NCBI GenBank assembly: GCA_050273025.1
Contig: CP158635.1
Span: 4,402,001 to 4,466,000, forward strand
Length of the DNA: 64,000 bases
Direction of reading: 5' to 3'
From: Cenococcum geophilum
Lineage: Eukaryota
Made by a program: the position numbers and the translations under genes. The notes beneath the pieces are model-generated. The model was not told where the DNA came from and did not search any database. It saw only the letters and a program-made list of their open reading frames with translations. The stretch's first letter is position 1; each line of letters begins with the position of its first letter. Below are positions 51,203 through 63,210 of the stretch, in pieces.

Positions 51203-52786
51203 TTTCTCTCCTCTTCGTTTTCCTTTCTCCATACCTATTCCACAAACTATGCCTGCAATTCAAGGGTCCGGCGTTTTGTTGAGGAATCGAGCCCATCATT
51301 GCTGTTTCCAGGGCATTGTTTGCATTTGCGGCTTTTAGACGGGGGAATTCGAGCCCGGCATGACAGGCAGCTCGACATGCCCCTTTTCTTCTCTCCCCCT
51401 TATCTCTCTCTCTCTGCTCTTCGCCGAAGATACCCTTCCCCTTAGCATTTCACAATTTGTATTATTATTTGCTATTGTTGTTTATTGGTCTTTTCCATGC
51501 ACGACACATAGAAAGTTTGCACATCGGCTCACGCCGCGAAGACGCTCTCACAGCAGTCCTTTCAGGCCCAGAACCAGCAGCGGCAGGCGCAAAACGGCGG
51601 CGCCGTCGTTTTGGAGCAGGGTCGTTCCTTCGTCTGTGTCTGCGTCTACATCCACATCTACATCTACGTCTTCCATCACTCCTACGCCGTTTGCATCTGC
51701 GCCAGGCAGCGCCAGGCCCAGGCCCCGACTAGCTCGCCTGCCTCGCTTGCCCCGTTGATCGGCGGCGCGTAGGCTGGCGCTCTTCGGGTTGGACGAGGCG
51801 CTGGGGGGCCGGGTCGTGCAGCGGCAGCAGCAGCAGCTCGAAGCAGCGGATAGGTCGCTACCGAAGAGTGGGCAGGGAGGAGGAGGAGGAACAGGGCATG
51901 AGCAGGATGGGCGGGATGGGCATCACGAGCATCAGGGGTTGGAAGGGGGCATTGTGGAATATCTCGGACGAGGGCGAGGGGGTTGGGATTGATTGGGAAG
52001 GTGATGGATGTGTATAGTTGGGGTTAATAGGATAATGGAAATGAAACTATTACCACCGCTACTGCTGCAATTGGTCGTGCTGGTGCTGGCGCTGGTTTCG
52101 GTTTCTGACGTTGCTTCTGGAAACATGGTTCCGAGCGGGTTCTCCTGCACTCTCCCTTGACATTTGACATGTGACAGCGGCGGCAGGTGCATCAGCATGG
52201 CGGGTTGACACATGACAGCGCTAGGTACAATCACATGCGTGGCGAGATGACGCGATGCTACACGGCAGCTCGCTTCAGCCCTATAAGCGGGTACCATAGC
52301 GGGGGTATAGCGGGGGGTATAGCAGGGGGTGAAGCGGGGGGTGAAGCAAGGAGTATACTAGGGAGTACAAGTATACTAGGATTTTTTTTTAAATTTTTTT
52401 TCCAGAAAACGGTCCTTTTGGGGGAACGGGGGGATAACCCATGGGGCAGTGGTTGCGTGTCGTGCATGACTGCATCCGCACCCATCCGGAGCATCATGGT
52501 CACCAGCACCAGCACCAACACATCAGCACATCGTCACCACCTCTCCTACTGCTGTCGACCCAGACTGACCCGTAGCACCAACCATAGCCCCAGCCCCAGC
52601 CTCACCCCCGGACCCAGCCCAGCCAGCCCGACCATTTCCCTCTCGGCCATCATCGCTGCCATCATGCAATTACTCAATGCCACCGCCAGCCCGCGCCAAT
52701 TTCTCCTCTCTATCACACGAAAGTTTCACCCGGCTCAGAGCCCGTTCAGCTCACGCGCATCTGGCCCCCAACCCCAAATCCCCCTC

Positions 52787-54265
52787 TCACCGCTCAAACA
52801 GCAGCCCAGCCGCCAGCTCCACGTGCCCATCCGTCGCATTCAGCGCCGCCACGGCCTCGTGCCGCGAAAACCCGAGCGCGACCAACGCGTCGACGTCTCG
52901 CCCGGGCCACGGCACCGCCGGCTGGGCCAGCGCCGCGACGACCGCGGCGGGGGAGGGGAGCGGGGGCGCGGGGGCGCTTGGCGCGGGCGGGGTCTCTGCG
53001 CGTAGGACGAGGCCGAGCGCCTTGGCCCAGCCCGCTGGTCCCGCCGGTGGCGTCGCGCCCACCTCCGTCTCTTCCGCCCTCGAAACCGCGCGCACGACGT
53101 CCCTGTCCCCCTCCCCCAACCCCGCATTGAAGTACTCCCACCCCATGACCCCGCCGAACCCTCCTCTCGCCGCATACCGCGCGCGCAGCACCCCGCACAC
53201 CTCCCGCAGCAGCCCCAGCCCCACGTGCCCGGCCCCGTTCGCCGCATTCGTCACCACGCCCAGCACCACCCTGCGTGGATCCCACCCCGCCGCGACGATG
53301 GCGTCGTACCACCCCGTGGTCTGCGCATCCCCCCACCCGCAGTAGAACTGGGTGTTGTACCACTCCACTAGCCGCCCCGCGGGCGAGGCCTCGAGCTCCG
53401 CATACGAGAAGCCGGAGAGGTGGGGGAGGGAGCGGTGGAGCGGGTTTGGAGTGTTCGGGGCCAGGGAGGCGGGGCGTGGGGGCGCCGGGTGCGAGGGGTC
53501 TGGGAGGAGGGCGGTGGCGACGGGGGCGAGGGTTAGGAGGAAGGAGGGGCCGAAGTCGGCGCGGAGGCGGGTGAGGAGGCGGACGGGGGTGGAGAGGGGG
53601 ACGGGCTCTTCGATGTCGAGGTCGAGGCCGTCGAGAGGGTGGTGTTGGAGGAGGGTGCGGAGGGGAGCGTAGTAGGCTTCGCACTGCGGGGGGGTGGCGT
53701 TAGCGGTTTGGATCGGTATAGGATTTAGGTAGGTGAGAGAGCTGGGAAGAAGGGAGCCGGGAGAAAGGGAGCTGGTAGAAAGGGAGCTGGTAGAAAGGGA
53801 GCTAGTAGAAAGGAATCTGGAGAGAGGGAAAGCATGGAAGCCGAGTCCAAGGTCCAAAGCTGCTCAACAGTACCATCACCCAGCCCTCCCAAACATAAAT
53901 AAATTCCTCCCAAAACATAATAAACACCCCAAACAACTCACCTCCTCATCACTCCCCCCCAACCTCTCAAAACTCCCCTTCGCCGCTCCCCCCAGCATCC
54001 CCAACACCTTAACTCCCGCACCCCTCAACCACGCCACCTCCGCCCACAGCGTCCGAAACTTCTCCGCATCGAACGGGTCGTCGTTCAGCGTGATATTCCC
54101 AGGGCCCTCGTTCAGATGGATCGCCGCGACGATGACGTGCGTCACCCCCGTGTTCTGCGTTATCAGCGGCAGCAGCGACACCGGTGTCCCTGAGCTATCG
54201 TGGTGCGTTTGCGCGTAGAGGACGAGGCGCGGGCCGGTTGAGAGAGGGAGGAGAGTTGGTGGCAT
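52787..54265 (-). CDS. GH18 endo-beta-N-acetylglucosaminidase/chitinase-like protein with a C-terminal UBA-like domain, no evident signal peptide
   Basis: THVIVAAIHLN, KVLGMLGGAA, catalytic DGLDLDIEE, WYNTQFYCGWG, GGVMGWEYFN; C-terminus DVDALVALGFSRHEAVAALNATDGHVELAAGLLF. One intron at ~53686-53941. Confidence 0.9.
53735..53830. repeat. 15-bp tandem repeat (agaaagggagctggt) in the GH18 intron
   Basis: About five to six imperfect units. Confidence 0.8.
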
Positions 54266-54926
54266 TGCTGGAGGGGGGGATGGGGAGAGGAGAGGGTGGC
54301 GGAGGGAGGGTGGCGGGAGACGCGTAGTTTGATGAAGTGTGGTGCGGTGTGGTGGAGGTTGAGGGGCGCGGTTCGGGAGCGGGTGGTTCGGGAGCGAGCG
54401 CGGTAGGGCTGACGGGAGCGGAAAGCACGGATGCACGACATTAGTGGGTGATATGCAGGGTCTACTTTCGTGCTTTCTGGGATTTAGATGGGCGGAGAAG
54501 GGGGCTGTTTTGATTAGGGATATCAAATGTAGGAATGTTTACTGATGCCTTCCGAGCTTGCGCATTTATTAAGGGGACGTTTTGCATTCATATCGTAATT
54601 CGTGTACGCCTGATAATTCAGGCATCTTAAGCTTACGGCGTCAAAGGTTACACAATCATGCCTTTCTATCCAGAAGTACCGGCGTCAGGAAACCAACCTA
54701 TACATCCAAAACCAAAGAGAGAAACAAAGCTTCCATAACGCCTGTGACAGCCCTATCCGCAATTTATGCCATCATGCTTCAAAAAAAATAATAGGCAGCA
54801 TTAAAAGTCTAGTAGAGACTCTCCCCTTTCAAGTACCAAGCATCCTCACCTGCGTCTATGCCCAAGAATGCCAACCATCCTTAAACTCCTGGCCCGCGAC
54901 ATGATACTTCGTATATATATGGTAGC

Positions 54927-56129
54927 TTAGTGAAAGCCATTTGTTAGCGGCTGTCGGCCAGGGTAAACATAGCTGCCCTCTGTGAAGTACGGGTGAATGA
55001 CGGCTTGCTTAGCGGAAATACGGCCGGCAGGATCATAAACAAGGAGGGCATCAAGGAGATCAAGACCTTGATCATCCAAGTTCTGGACAACTGTTGCGAT
55101 GTCCGTTCTGTTCCACTTAGGGAACGAGGCCTTAAAATCTGGGAATGATGTTACGCCAGGCCATTCTTGTTCTGTAGGTGTACCGAGAACGCTGTTGATT
55201 GTTAGATGCTATACATAGAAGTGTACAAACCGCGGTCTTGCAGTAATAGCAGAACTTACCGGAAAATCTTAAAGATTTCATCAATCTCCGAGTCACCTGG
55301 GAAGAGTGGCTTCCGAGTGCACATCTCTGCAAAAATGCAGCCTACAGACCACATATCCACTCCGGTGGAATACTGTCGGCCACCAAGCAAAATCTCTGGG
55401 GCGCGATACCACAGTGTGACGACCTATTACGTATTAACAAAATATGCAATGAAGAGGAAGGATATCCAAGAATGCATACCTCATGGGTGTAAGTCCTCAA
55501 TGGCACACCGAACGCCCTCGCCAAACCGAAATCAGCTAATTTCAAATTGCCCTCTTTGTCAATCAACAAATTCTGCGGCTTTAGATCGCGGTGCAGCACC
55601 CGATGAGCATGGCAGTACCGCACGCCTTCAACTAACTGGCTCATAAACTTCTTAACCATATCTGCACCCAGACCCAGACTTTGTAGCGCGCTACCGGAGC
55701 CTTCGGGAAGAGGTTTACCCCGACCACCTTGGCTTACCGGAAGCGCCTCCATATACTTCTTCAGGTCCAGGTCAAGGTATTCGAATACGAGGTACAGTTT
55801 GTGGCCATCGGCATGCACAATGTTGAGGAGACGCACGATGTTTGGGTCGTTCATTTCTTTCAGGAGAGAGATTTCTCGAATGGCCGTGCTGGGAACGCCT
55901 TCGTCTTCAGCTTCGAGACGGATCTTCTTGAGCGCAACAATGCGGTGGTCTTTGGTCGTGAGATCTTTAGCTTTGTACACAACACCGTACGTCCCTATTG
56001 GAGCACTCAAATGTTAGTAAACGGTGTTGAGGCCTCGTAATGCGGGCTAGATGCCCACGGAGGGCTAGCTCTTTGCAAAATCATATTCTTACCCTCTCCA
56101 ATCTTTTCCATCCTCTGGTAATTCTCCAT
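54927..56129 (-). CDS. cdc2: Cyclin-dependent kinase 1 (Cdc2/Cdc28/NimX)
   Basis: [51 protein letters not shown]; three introns. Confidence 0.98.
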
Positions 56130-56299
56130 GGCTCCTGCAGAGAATATCTCCGGTTTCAAATTCTTCTTCAATGGTAAGCAACAAGGCTTTGACCGTCAGA
56201 CAAATCTCCAAGGAGGTGAAGACGGAACAAAAAGCCGTAAATGAGTTAAACGAGTAGGATTAAGAAATCCGTGAGAGGCAAATTGAGGTCATGGAATTT

Positions 56300-56455
56300 A
56301 TAGTCGCGTTTCCTGGTTGTTAGTGGATATCCGGGGAGGGTTTGGCTCGTTGAGTGGACTGAAGGGTGGTTGTTGTGTGTCAGTAAACACTTCCCGACCT
56401 GTGAGAGCTCGCGAAACGCGCTGAATCGGGAAAATCTTGGCTTTCACGAAATTGT
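56300..56455. promoter_or_regulatory. Cluster of MCB/SCB-like and forkhead-like sites in the cdc2/AlkB divergent promoter
   Basis: CGCGTT 56305, GTAAACA 56383, CGCGAAA/ACGCG 56410-56420, CACGAAA 56445. Confidence 0.5.
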
Positions 56456-56579
56456 CACCCTTGACAACTCATCAATATCATCAATATCATGATCCTATTT
56501 ATTCTATTAACGAGTCCTGAGTCTTCTACCGTGAGTCTCGAAGTCATCCTGTAAAGATACAATGAAATAGAAACCCTAG

Positions 56580-57926
56580 ATGGCTTCGTCACAACACCTC
56601 GACCCTCACGAGAAGCCTCCAGACCATATTCGAAATGTCTATAAGAAGTACCAAAAAATGAAATTACGGGATCTGGACAAAGACCCAGATATAATAGACT
56701 TTAAAAGAGGACTGTTGGAAGAGCAGAAAAGGCATATCAAGGTTATCAAAGAATACAACCCTGAGGAGCTGACTGCGGCCTTCCGAGCATTCGAAGGAAT
56801 CCAAGAACCCACTAACAGCCAAGGTGGTCTGATAGACCCTCCAATCCTTGTATATGAGCATTCTCATATGCCAGGTATGTACTACTCTCTTTATCTATTT
56901 CATATCTCTCATCTCCATGACTTTCCTTAACAATTTTAACACCCTCTGTCAACTCTTCTATTCTCCAACCGTCTTACAATGCCACCTATCAAACGCACAA
57001 CCACACTACCTACCCACATGATCCTCCCTATATCCCAGCTTCCTACGCTCAACTAACCCCCTCCAGGCCTGCACATCCTCCCCGCCCTCCTCCCGCCCTC
57101 CACCCAACTCACACTCCTCTCCCGCCTCCTCCACCGCGACCTCTCCAACCCACTCCACCTCACAAACCTCCACACGCACTACACCCTAGCCTACCCCTCC
57201 AACCCCACCTCTCCATCCAGGCCCCCAAACCCCGTCTCCACCTCTTTCTTCACGCAACCCCCAAACCTCCCAACACCCCTCGCCCACCCCCTAACCCCCA
57301 CCCTCCACACCCCGCTCCCTCCCACCCCCTTGCTAACCCGCAAGCTCCGCTGGCTCACCCTCGGCGGCCAATACGACTGGACCGCAAAGCGCTACCCCAC
57401 CTCCCCGCCGCCGCCCTTCCCCCCGGACATCGCCGCGCTGTTGACCGCCGTCTTCGCCGACGCGGAGCCGCAGGCCGCGATCGTGAACCTGTACTCGCCG
57501 GGGGATACGCTGAGTCTGCATCGGGACGTGGCGGAGGGGTGCAGGAAGGGGTTGAGCAGCGTGAGTTTGGGGTGCGAGGGGGTTTTTGTTGTTGGGCCGG
57601 GGGATGCGGGTGCGCTGAGGGAGGGAAAAGAGGGGGGTGGGGAGGGGTGCCCGGGGGTAGAGGGTGAGGAGCGCGAGGAGAGAGACTGGGAAGGCGCTGG
57701 GAAGACGGTGCTGGCGCTGCGCCTGCCGTCCGGGAGCGCGGTGTATATGGGCGGCGAGGCGCGGTTCGCGTGGCATGGCGTCCCGCAGATCGTGGCGGGG
57801 ACGTGTCCGGCGTATCTGGCGGACTGGCCGGCGGCGGGGGGCGGAGAGGGAGGGGACTTCGAGGCGTGGAGGGGCTGGATGGGTGGGAAGAGGGTGAATT
57901 TGAATGTGCGGCAGATGTGGGATTGA
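56580..57926 (+). CDS. AlkB-family 2OG-Fe(II) dioxygenase (ALKBH1/Abh1-like)
   Basis: KLRWLTLGGQYDWT, AAIVNLYSPGDTLSLHRD (HxD), RFAWHGVP, RVNLNVRQ; one intron at ~56875-57067. Confidence 0.93.
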
Positions 57927-58205
57927 GTGGCCTCAGGTGCTCTGCTTGGTGACTGGAGTCAAGATGATAGGACGGAAATACCGGACAGGGGTAATCACGG
58001 CGACAACGACTAGGGCATAATGGGTCACGTCGATGCGGGAGAGCAGGAGAAAGATTAGACTAAGATGTTGCTCGTACGCTGCGTGTGTATATCAAAGGTA
58101 TCATCAGACGAAAGGAAAAGGAGCCGCAAAATCAGCTTTCAACACCACGTTTCTGGCACTCAACACGTTCTATCCAACTATCCACCATCCTCCGTCTTGC
58201 ACAAA

Positions 58206-59876
58206 CTAGTATTCTCCCGGCTTCCTCTCAACGCCCGACACCGGCGCCGCATCCTTTACATTGACACCCGCACTAGCCGGCGTGGCACTGGTTGGATGCG
58301 CACTGGTCGGATGCGCACTCCCAGCAGCCTCCTTCTCAGCCAGCAAACCCTGCGTCTGCAACGGCGCCATCTGCTTCTCCTCGGTAACCGTAGGGCTAAT
58401 CGGGCTAGTCATCTCTGACTTCCTCGTATCAGCCGGCGAGCTGGGGACGCTGGACTCGGGCATCTCATTCGTGACCTGGCCGGCCGCCTGACGGATAATC
58501 TCCCACCACTGCTGCGCTGACTGCGGGGTGTGCGCCTTGAAGGCGAGCTCATGCGACATGCTGAAGGTGTTGCCGACCTTGCCCTTGCTGACGTCCTTGC
58601 CCTTGACGTTGAATTTGTCGCCGTTGAGCGCGCCCGCGATGCAGTCGGGGAGGTACAGCGACAGCTCGGGCGACGGGTCCTTGGCGAAGTCGTCGTCGGT
58701 TTTGAATTCGTGCAGGAATTTCGACGGCGTCACGACGTAGTAGCTTGCGTCGTACTTCTTCATGATCTTGCCCTTCCGCTCCAGGGATCCGGCGATCAGG
58801 GGTTGCGTGGAGCGATGGTTCTGGTTCGGGAAGGAGACGTTGGACAGGGAGCGTGGAGGTGCGGATGGATCGATCAGAACGCCGTCGTTGCGGTGGATGA
58901 AGCCATTCCATTCGAAGTCGGGTGGGATGCGCTGAGCTGTCCCAACTATGTCGCCGTACATAACCCTCGTTTGCTCGGCCTGGCTGCTGACCACCTGCAT
59001 GAATTGGCCCATACCTTGCTGCATGGTCTGGATGATATGCGCTTCAAACCGGGCAAAGCTGTTCTGAACCGATATCATGTCTTGGCGGTTGTTGTTCTCT
59101 TCCTGAATTTGCTTGTTCAGGCGGTGCATCACACCACGTTGGATTACATATGGGTCATCAGAAGCAGCCACTTTGCCACCAGTAGAGTCGAAGGTCGCTG
59201 TGTGCTGGCCTAGCAGTTCAATGTGCTTTTGAGTAACGTTCCTGGCCTTGTCCACCGCCTTGGCGCCTTTTCCAGCACCCTTCGCGAGCTCCTTAGTCTT
59301 ATTCTTGATCTCGGAGTGGAGTCGCTCGAATACGGGGAGGATAGAGCCTTTGATTGCTTTTGCGGTATCGTAATGCGAATTGGAGATACCCTGGAAGAAG
59401 TGATCAGCACACATACACCAAAAGTGGACGCACGAAATTCTTTACCTGCGTGTTGGACCTGATGTTCTCGAACATGCCCGCAATACCACCAAGAGACTGA
59501 TCAAAGTGATGTCCTTCCCTCAAAGGATGTGACACCGTCTATATGGTCTCAATTAGCACGCGCCAGAGATTTCCGACTGTAACGGTATCTCCTACGGACC
59601 TTGAGCACTTTCTCGTATTCTTTGCCATGCGCATGCTGCAGCTTCTCCGTTGCGGTGATGTAGTCTTCGAGATATGCAATGGCATGCTTCCAAGCTTGAA
59701 GGCGCTCTTGGAATAGCTTGGTAACCTATTCGCTGTCAGCTCGGCCTTCATATGTGATTTGTTTTCTTGGAGGCTGTAAAACCTACCTCGCTGGTATCCT
59801 CGCCAGGAATGGCATCGTCATCGCTACCTTGAGTCAAGGTCCTCGTGGGGAGGTTTGCTGAAGTAGGAGTCGCCAT
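58206..59876 (-). CDS. Slm1-like BAR-PH domain protein
   Basis: ERLQAWKHA N-terminus; PH domain GSLERKGK...YYVVTPSKFLHEFK...PELSLYLPDC...AQQWW; several introns. Confidence 0.88.
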
Positions 59877-60344
59877 GACCGCGATATAGCAAAGCAGAGG
59901 GTTTTAAGTTTGACGTAGGACTGGAATATGTAGGTTGGAGGGTTGCGAGAGGCGCCCAGAAATTAGGAGGGGTGATTGCGTGGGGTTAAAATGTCACGAG
60001 TTGGTTTTGAGCAGGAAGCTGGCAGAGTATGAATGTGAAATCAATCAGCCAATTAATCAATTAGGGGTAAAGGGTGAAGAATAATAGAAGCGTATGTATC
60101 AGGCAGGGTTTATGAAGTTACTGAACCCCTCTCGTGGGGACCCTTGGACCCTTGGAAAAGATAGACATCAGATCGTCTGGGACTTCAAAAGTTCGTTGAT
60201 GTCAGTGGCTTTGTCCAGCCCACACAGCCACAGTCCAGCCGCAAATCACCCTGCTAGCTGCGGCGCAACCACCCATCAAAAATTTCTACAGGCCAGCCTT
60301 CATCTCTCTCCCACGACACCACCTCCGGCATCCTCTAAAATGCC

Positions 60345-60351
60345 AAAAAAA
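60345..60351 (-). terminator. Pol III terminator (T7) of the tRNA gene
   Basis: TTTTTTT a few nucleotides after the discriminator base on the minus strand. Confidence 0.75.
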
Positions 60352-60355
60352 GAAG

Positions 60356-60495
60356 CTCTCCGACGGGGAATCGAACCCCGGTCTTGATAGAGGTTAGTTT
60401 TATTGTTAATTAACGTTTAGTTAAGTGGCTTACCTCCCGCGCTTGTTGAGATGTATCTTGACAAGCGGAAATCATGACCACTAGACCATCGAAGA
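60356..60495 (-). tRNA. tRNA-Asp(GTC) interrupted twice: 17-nt canonical intron (60442-60458) and 51-nt GT-AG insertion (60383-60433)
   Basis: Exons of 37, 8 and 27 nt join to a 72-nt cloverleaf: acceptor TCTTCGA/TCGGAGA, anticodon stem TCCGC/GCGGG, T arm CGGGG-TTCGATT-CCCCG, discriminator G. Confidence 0.92.
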
Positions 60496-60948
60496 TATTC
60501 AGAACTCGTATTTGGAGAGCCAAGCGAAGACTCAACCGCGATTCTGATGGTTAAACTAGAAGATACGTTAAAAAAAGGAGTATATAAGCTTGAGTCAGCT
60601 CCAAGTCTGTTGCCGAGGACATCCGGGAGCACCACTATCTTTGAGTAAGACACCTTATCACCATAGTCGAAACAGCTAGACAGCTTCCTAGGGGAAATGT
60701 GTCTTGTAATGTAAGTTTAGACAGCGGTTTTATGCACAAGAAGAGGTTTTCAGGAGGTAATGTCACATCAAGATGATTTGTTCTTCACATTCCTTTAAAG
60801 TATATACATTGAACCGTTCAGGCGACATTACATATTCCGCCATCCTGGATAGTTGCACATTTGCCCGTAATACGTCAGGCGTCGCGAATGTGTCTTGAGG
60901 ACCCGTTTTGTTCCAGACCATTATAAGAATTTTGGTAATATCGCGTAA

Positions 60949-62588
60949 CTAATACTCCATTGCTTCCTCAAACAATCCCGTAAGCTGCTCCCTCTCTGCA
61001 TCCAAATTCGTCATCTCTAAGTTCGGTGCTAGCATCAGAACCCTAGCCTGCGGGATCGTGCCCTCCACCAGTGCATCTACATGCTCTTTACCAAATCCTA
61101 GTGCCTTCAACCCCCGAGGCTGGTCACCTAATTTCACTAGGAAGTCTGCAAGAGCTTCGCTTAACACCTCGCCCGCACTTTCCTTCTTCACCTGGCTTAC
61201 ATCAACGCCGAAGCACTCCGCAGCTGCGAGATGCCTCTCTGGATTCGAAGCACCTGTGAATTTGAACACAGCCGGCGCAGTAACGGCAACGCTCACGCCA
61301 TGCGGGATAATCGGGCTGTCCACCTGGTATCCCGGGTGTTTGTACCCAGGGTTTTGACCTGATATTGGATAGCTCATCCCATGGCATAGATGGACGCCTG
61401 CATTACCAAAACCTATGCCGGCCAGAGTCGCTGCCAAAAGCATCTGACTCTGCGCTTCGTGGTCCTCAGGGTCCTTCACTGCGCGCGGAAGGTATTTGAT
61501 AGTGCTTCGTAGAGCTTGGAGAGAGAATATGTCAGATATTGGGTTCGCGCCTTGGTACGCCGGCCGATTGATCGGATTTGTTGGTCTTGGGACCCGCTCA
61601 TAGTATGGGATGGCTGTCCAAGATTCTAGAGAATGACACAGCACATCTAGGCCTGAGGAAGCGTGCACAGCCGATGGCATTGTACGTGTATTTAGGGGAT
61701 CGCATATCCCTAATGTGGGCTTAAGATTACGGTGTGCAATACCAGTTTTAGCACGCTTTGAAACAAGATCAAAGATCGCTGTGCCCGTAGTTTCCGAGCC
61801 AGTACCTGCGGTCGTAGGGACGGCAATGAGAGGCTTGAGGCCTTTAGTAATTGGTTTACCTTTACCTAGGGGTGCATTTACAAAGTCGAGGAATTCGGCG
61901 TCTTGAGAGTTACGTTAGTCAGAGACATAGCTAGTAGAAATATATGAGATACGGACCAGGGAGTGTAGTATAAAGATTCATTAACTTTGCGGTGTCTATT
62001 ACTGACCCTCCGCCAACGGCTAAAAGGGCATCAGGCTGGTATGGTTTCGCGGCGGCAATTGCAGTTTTAATTCTACAATCCTATCAGCATAATTTCCTTG
62101 GAACATAAATGTCACTTTCTCTTCTCCTAAAATAATATAATTACAGTGCCCTACTGTAAGAAACCCACTCACGAGCTGTCCTTCGGTTCCACCCGCACGC
62201 CGTCGAATACCTCAAACGCAATTCCCTCAGCTTCCAAGGCCTGCACTACCTGCTTCATAGCATTCAGCTTCTTCACAGTGCTATCTGTAACCACCATGAC
62301 CTTCTTCGCTCCCATGTTTTTGAAATCCATTCCCACCTCTTTTGTACATCCCGGACCGAACCTTATACTTGATGCTGCCATTTCAAAGGCATATTCCTTC
62401 TGCTGAGAAGCATCAATTGGTGTAGCGAGAGACCGCCGAGCTTGATTTACTAAGGAAGGTGTTGCATGGTGGTGGTGGCCCGGGTTAGAGTGGCACGGGC
62501 AAGACGGCGGGTGTGTATACTGGACGGTGCGGAGGAGATTGATGGCGCGTGCTGCGTGAGTGGGGGAGACGCGAATTGCTGTAGGCAT
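60949..62588 (-). CDS. Hydroxyacid-oxoacid transhydrogenase (ADHFE1-like Fe-ADH), mitochondrial
   Basis: CPCH N-terminus, KEYAFEMAASSIRFGPG, AVGGGSVIDTAK, PTTAGTGSETT, RPAYQGANP, GVHLCHGMSYPI; two introns. Confidence 0.95.
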
Positions 62589-63210
62589 CTTGCGTTGCTA
62601 CCGGTGCTAGAGGCCAAGTGGGATCAGCAAAGAAGTGCGATGGCTTGGAGAGGGGAGTAGCAACTTCGTCGAGAAATAAAGAGTAATTAATTAATCATAG
62701 CGGAGACAAGTGCGGAGTGGTGGTGATCACATTCGAGGGGCCGAGGTCGCTTAATTGCCATTCTAGGGATCCCGAAAATAACAGTCCCAATTGTAGGAAT
62801 AAAACGTCAGCCGAAATGATCGATGCAGGGGACGAAAGCTTAAGAGTCTTGAGGGTTCTCCCATAAAAAGAAATATAGAGGCGAGTTAATGCTACAAGGA
62901 ACTCAGACTAAGCGCCGTTTTCAATCCAACACCAAAAAGCACTCCGCAAGCCTCGTAAATACAATTCGCAATCTTAATCAGGCATTTGAGAGCCCCTCAC
63001 CACTTCAATTGAGTTTGTGTGCACCGAATTTGTTCCGCCACACTGTTGGAAAGACAAAACCACCATCATAAAGATGATTAAGCAAAAAAATACGTTTAAA
63101 GGCTTGGAACCGAACACCAACCGGTGGGCTTATATGTAGTATAGGAGGCGACCCGTCCGGCGTGTCCGAGAGTCAGCGTCGCTGACAGCGTCGCTGCCAA
63201 GAGGCTGATA

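Noticed and set aside
51300..54530. Many overlapping long ORFs on both strands
   Set aside because: Explained by high GC and skew around the GH18 gene; no independent domain signal.
60383..60433. Long variable arm (type II tRNA) as the explanation of the insertion
   Set aside because: tRNA-Asp has a short variable loop; 51 AT-rich nt with splice signals do not resemble a type II arm.
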